Shown piece by piece: positions 60,788 through 64,000 of a DNA stretch of 64,000 nt. The notes under the pieces were generated by a model. It was not told the DNA's origin and ran no database searches. It was given only the letters and a program-made list of their open reading frames with translations. The stretch covers positions 1,984,001 to 2,048,000 of the forward strand of contig OZ242311.1 in NCBI GenBank assembly GCA_965207885.1. Direction: 5' to 3'. Every line of letters starts with the position of its first letter. Position 1 is the stretch's first letter. The translations under genes were made by a program, and so were the position numbers. Source of the DNA: Candidatus Latescibacterota bacterium (lineage in GTDB: Bacteria > Latescibacterota > UBA2968).

Positions 60788-62458
60788 ATGTCTGAGGTTT
60801 CTAAATCTGATTATCTGGTCATTGGCAGTGGTATTGCTGGCCTCTCGTTTGCGCTTAAAGCGGCAGAGACGGGGTCTGTTACTCTGATTACTAAAAAAGA
60901 GTTTCAGGAATCCAATACCAATTACGCACAGGGCGGTATTGCTTCTGTTTTGCACCCAGACGATTCGTTTGAGCTTCATAGGGAGGATACGATTCAGGCT
61001 GGCGCGGGTTTGTGCCGCGAAGATGTGGTGGATATGGTGGTGCGGGCAGGTCCCGATATGGTTAAGGCGCTCATTGCATGGGGGGCAGAGTTTACGCGAG
61101 GAAGCGAGGAGGGTGTGAAGGCGAGTGAACAGCGTACAACTCAAAATCTCGCGCTTGGGCGCGAGGGCGGACATTCAAAGAATCGCATTGTGTATGCCGC
61201 CGATCTGACCGGGCGAGAGATTGAGCGGGCGTTGTCTGAAGCGGCGATAGCACATCCCAATATCGCGTTGTACGAGCATCACATGGCGATTGATTTGATC
61301 ACGGAACACCATGTGTATGGTTCGAAAATTTCAACGCCGGGAAAGATTCAGTGTTGGGGTGTTTACGCACTGGATGCCGTGCATGGAGAGGTGAAGACTT
61401 TTTTAGCAAAATTTACGCTGTTGTGTAGCGGCGGGTGTGGTCAGATTTATTTGCATTCGACCAATCCTGCCATTGCAACGGGTGATGGTATTGCCATGGC
61501 GTATCGCGCGGGTGCAAGTGTGGGCAATTTGGAGTTTATGCAGTTTCATCCCACGACGCTTTACCATCGGGATGCCGATTCATTTTTGATTTCTGAAGCG
61601 GTGCGCGGGCATGGCGGGATTCTGGTGGATCGGGCGGGGCGGTCGTTTATGGCTGATTATCACGAGATGGGGCCGCTTGCACCTCGAGATGTGGTTGCGC
61701 GGGCGATTGATAGCGAGTTAAAAAAGAGCGGTGATCCCTGTGTGTTTCTCGATATTACGCATTGTCCGAACGCAGAGCTTCAGGCGCGTTTTCCCACGAT
61801 TTATGAGCGGTGTTTGAAATTTGGCATTGATATAACGCAGGAGCCCATTCCGGTTGTGCCCGCGGCGCATTATATGTGTGGTGGGGTGTTCACAGATACG
61901 CAGGGGCGCACGGATATCGAAAGGCTTTACGCTTCGGGTGAGGTCGCTTGTACGGGGTTACACGGTGCGAATCGCCTGGCGAGCAATTCGCTGTTAGAAG
62001 CTCTGGTTTTTTCCGATCGCGCGTTTTCCGATATCCGACAGCACATAGATGCGCGGCTCGATTTTCCCGATGTGCCGGCCTGGCAAGACGATGATGTGTT
62101 TAATACAGAAGAATGGGTGTTGCTATCACACGACCGGCAAGAAGTACAGCGTTTGATGTGGGATTATGTGGGGATTGTGCGGTCGGATTTTCGATTGAAG
62201 CGCGCAGCCCGTCGCATTGGCGTGATTGTGCAGGAGGTCGAAGAATTTTATAAGCGCACACAAGTTACCGAGGCATTGCTGGAGTTGCGCAATATGATGA
62301 CTGTTGCCGCGCTGACTGTGCGCTGCGCATTGTCTCGCCGCGAAAGTCGGGGTTTGCATTATACGCTCGATTGTCCTGCACCATTCAAATCTGTAGATGA
62401 TACGGTGGTATCTGCCTGGGAAACGTGGGGTGCGGGGCTGCCGGTTATTGAAGTGTGA
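60788..62458 (+). CDS. nadB: L-aspartate oxidase
   Basis: GSGIAGL, TNYAQGGIA, REGGHS, QFHPT, PAAHYMCGG, GLHGANRLASNSLLE, ESRGLH. Confidence 0.96.
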   Translation: MSEVSKSDYLVIGSGIAGLSFALKAAETGSVTLITKKEFQESNTNYAQGGIASVLHPDDSFELHREDTIQAGAGLCREDVVDMVVRAGPDMVKALIAWGAEFTRGSEEGVKASEQRTTQNLALGREGGHSKNRIVYAADLTGREIERALSEAAIAHPNIALYEHHMAIDLITEHHVYGSKISTPGKIQCWGVYALDAVHGEVKTFLAKFTLLCSGGCGQIYLHSTNPAIATGDGIAMAYRAGASVGNLEFMQFHPTTLYHRDADSFLISEAVRGHGGILVDRAGRSFMADYHEMGPLAPRDVVARAIDSELKKSGDPCVFLDITHCPNAELQARFPTIYERCLKFGIDITQEPIPVVPAAHYMCGGVFTDTQGRTDIERLYASGEVACTGLHGANRLASNSLLEALVFSDRAFSDIRQHIDARLDFPDVPAWQDDDVFNTEEWVLLSHDRQEVQRLMWDYVGIVRSDFRLKRAARRIGVIVQEVEEFYKRTQVTEALLELRNMMTVAALTVRCALSRRESRGLHYTLDCPAPFKSVDDTVVSAWETWGAGLPVIEV

Positions 62459-62476
62459 AGTATAAAGGGAGTTTTT

Positions 62477-64000
62477 ATGCGCGACGGCATTGCCGTGATT
62501 GATTTTGGCGGGCAATATGCCCATTTGATTGCCAATCGGATTCGCAGGTTGCGGGTTTATTCCGAGATTTTTCCTCCGGATGTTGATCCTGCGGCATTGC
62601 AGGGTGCGTCGGGCATGATTTTTTCGGGTGGTCCATCCAGTGTATATGATCCCGATCCGCCTGCGTTTAATCCCGGATTGCTCAGTACCAATTTGCCCGT
62701 GCTCGGGCTGTGTTATGGGCATCAGTTGTTGTGCATGCATTTGGGAGGCGAGGTTGTTGCTGGTGAGGTGCGAGAATACGGTTCTGCCAGGTTGAATATT
62801 GCAGGTGGGTCGGATTTGTTTGCTGGGCTTGGCGATTCCCAGGTGGTTTGGATGAGCCATGGTGATGTGGTCGCAACGCTGCCAGAGGGTTTTGAAATTT
62901 TGGGGGCGACCGAGGATTGTCCTTCGGCAGCGGTTGGCGATGTCAAGCGCAGGATTTATGGCTTGCAATTTCATCCCGAGGTGGCACATACGCCGCGTGG
63001 ATTGGATATTCTCGATAATTTTTTAACGATATGCGATGCGCCTCGAACCTGGACTATGGGCAATTATGCCGAGGTGGTTATGGAGGAGATGCGGGAGAAG
63101 GTGGGGGAGCGCAATGTGTTTTTGCTGGTGTCGGGTGGGGTCGATTCTTCGGTGGCTTTTGTGCTGTTTAACAGGGCGTTGGGCGCAGACCGGGTGTTGG
63201 GGTTGCATATTGACAATGGTTTTATGCGAAAGGGCGAGACGGCTGCGGTGGAGGTTTTTCTGAAGGAAGAGGGGTTTGACAATCTGATTGTCGAGGATGC
63301 CAGTGACGATTTTTTGTTGGGTGTGGAGGGTATGGTCGATCCAGAAGCAAAGCGCGAGGCGATTGGACAAATATTTTTAGAGGTGAAGGACGAGGTGATG
63401 GCGCACTTGCATTTGGATGCAGATCAATGGGTTTTGGGGCAAGGTACGCTTTATCCCGATACCATAGAATCGGGAGGGACAGAGCACGCTGCGTTGATTA
63501 AGACACACCACAATCGCATTGATTTGATTGATGAGTTGATTGCACAGGGCAAGGTTGTCGAGCCTTTGGCACAGTTGTACAAGGATGAGGTGCGCGAGTT
63601 GGGGAGCGAGTTGGGGTTGCCCGATCATCTGGTGTGGCGACATCCGTTTCCCGGTCCCGGTCTGGCTGTGCGCTGTTTGTGCTCAGATGGTGCGGTGGAT
63701 GGGGTTGATATTGCAGCAGCAGAGCGAGCCGCTGCTGAGATCGCTTCTGAGGCGGGTTTGCAATTGCAGATTTTGCCCGTTAAGAGTGTGGGGGTTCAGG
63801 GGGATTTTCGCACGTATTCGCATCCCGCGATTGTTTCGGGTTTCACAGCCGAAAGTAATGGCGATTGGCGCGTACTCGAAGATCTGTCAACGCGGATTAC
63901 CAATAGCGTGTCGGGTATTAATCGCGTGGTTTGTCTTGTCGCGCCAGATGTGTTGCCCAGGGTGCGTCTCAAACGCGCATTTTTGACCTATCAGAGGCTC
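62477..64000 (+). CDS. guaA: GMP synthase (glutamine-hydrolysing), 3' truncated by window; not in the ORF track
   Basis: MRDGIAVIDFGGQYAHLIA, GGPSSV, GLCYGHQ, QFHPEV, SGGVDS, QGTLYPD, IKTHHN, HPFPGPGL. Confidence 0.95.
   Translation, partial: MRDGIAVIDFGGQYAHLIANRIRRLRVYSEIFPPDVDPAALQGASGMIFSGGPSSVYDPDPPAFNPGLLSTNLPVLGLCYGHQLLCMHLGGEVVAGEVREYGSARLNIAGGSDLFAGLGDSQVVWMSHGDVVATLPEGFEILGATEDCPSAAVGDVKRRIYGLQFHPEVAHTPRGLDILDNFLTICDAPRTWTMGNYAEVVMEEMREKVGERNVFLLVSGGVDSSVAFVLFNRALGADRVLGLHIDNGFMRKGETAAVEVFLKEEGFDNLIVEDASDDFLLGVEGMVDPEAKREAIGQIFLEVKDEVMAHLHLDADQWVLGQGTLYPDTIESGGTEHAALIKTHHNRIDLIDELIAQGKVVEPLAQLYKDEVRELGSELGLPDHLVWRHPFPGPGLAVRCLCSDGAVDGVDIAAAERAAAEIASEAGLQLQILPVKSVGVQGDFRTYSHPAIVSGFTAESNGDWRVLEDLSTRITNSVSGINRVVCLVAPDVLPRVRLKRAFLTYQRL

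Overview
Chromosomal window from a heterotrophic diderm bacterium. The gene style (sulfatase, PL8 lyase with an EF-hand/dockerin-like tail, Calx-beta/FN3/cadherin-like surface proteins) resembles FCB-group Latescibacterota-type marine or sponge-associated genomes; this placement is inference. A housekeeping backbone (rne/rng end, rplU, rpmA, mdh, dapL, gdhA, nadB, guaA start) is interrupted by two accessory regions. (1) 2.2-16.5 kb is a type I R-M locus (hsdM/S/R) with passengers: an HgiDII-like C5-MTase plus GHKL-ATPase endonuclease pair, an AlbA_2/RecG-C/wHTH gene bracketed by ~150-bp direct repeats built from 11-bp iterons, and three TA-like modules that retain only the antitoxin half. (2) 31.3-48.1 kb is a minus-strand island. 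It holds two apparently cytoplasmic beta-propeller/Y_Y_Y-sigma54 activator fusions, two consensus sigma54 promoters with a conserved upstream block, surface-protein and superinfection-immunity cargo, and six copies of a ~100-135-bp two-hairpin element, one in front of nearly every gene. The element folds best on the antisense strand. One copy has its own sigma70-like promoter and U-tract, suggesting an sRNA antisense to all cargo leaders and/or a cassette-shuffling site. This is the best candidate for an undescribed system. All calls come from motif recognition by eye; no searches were run.
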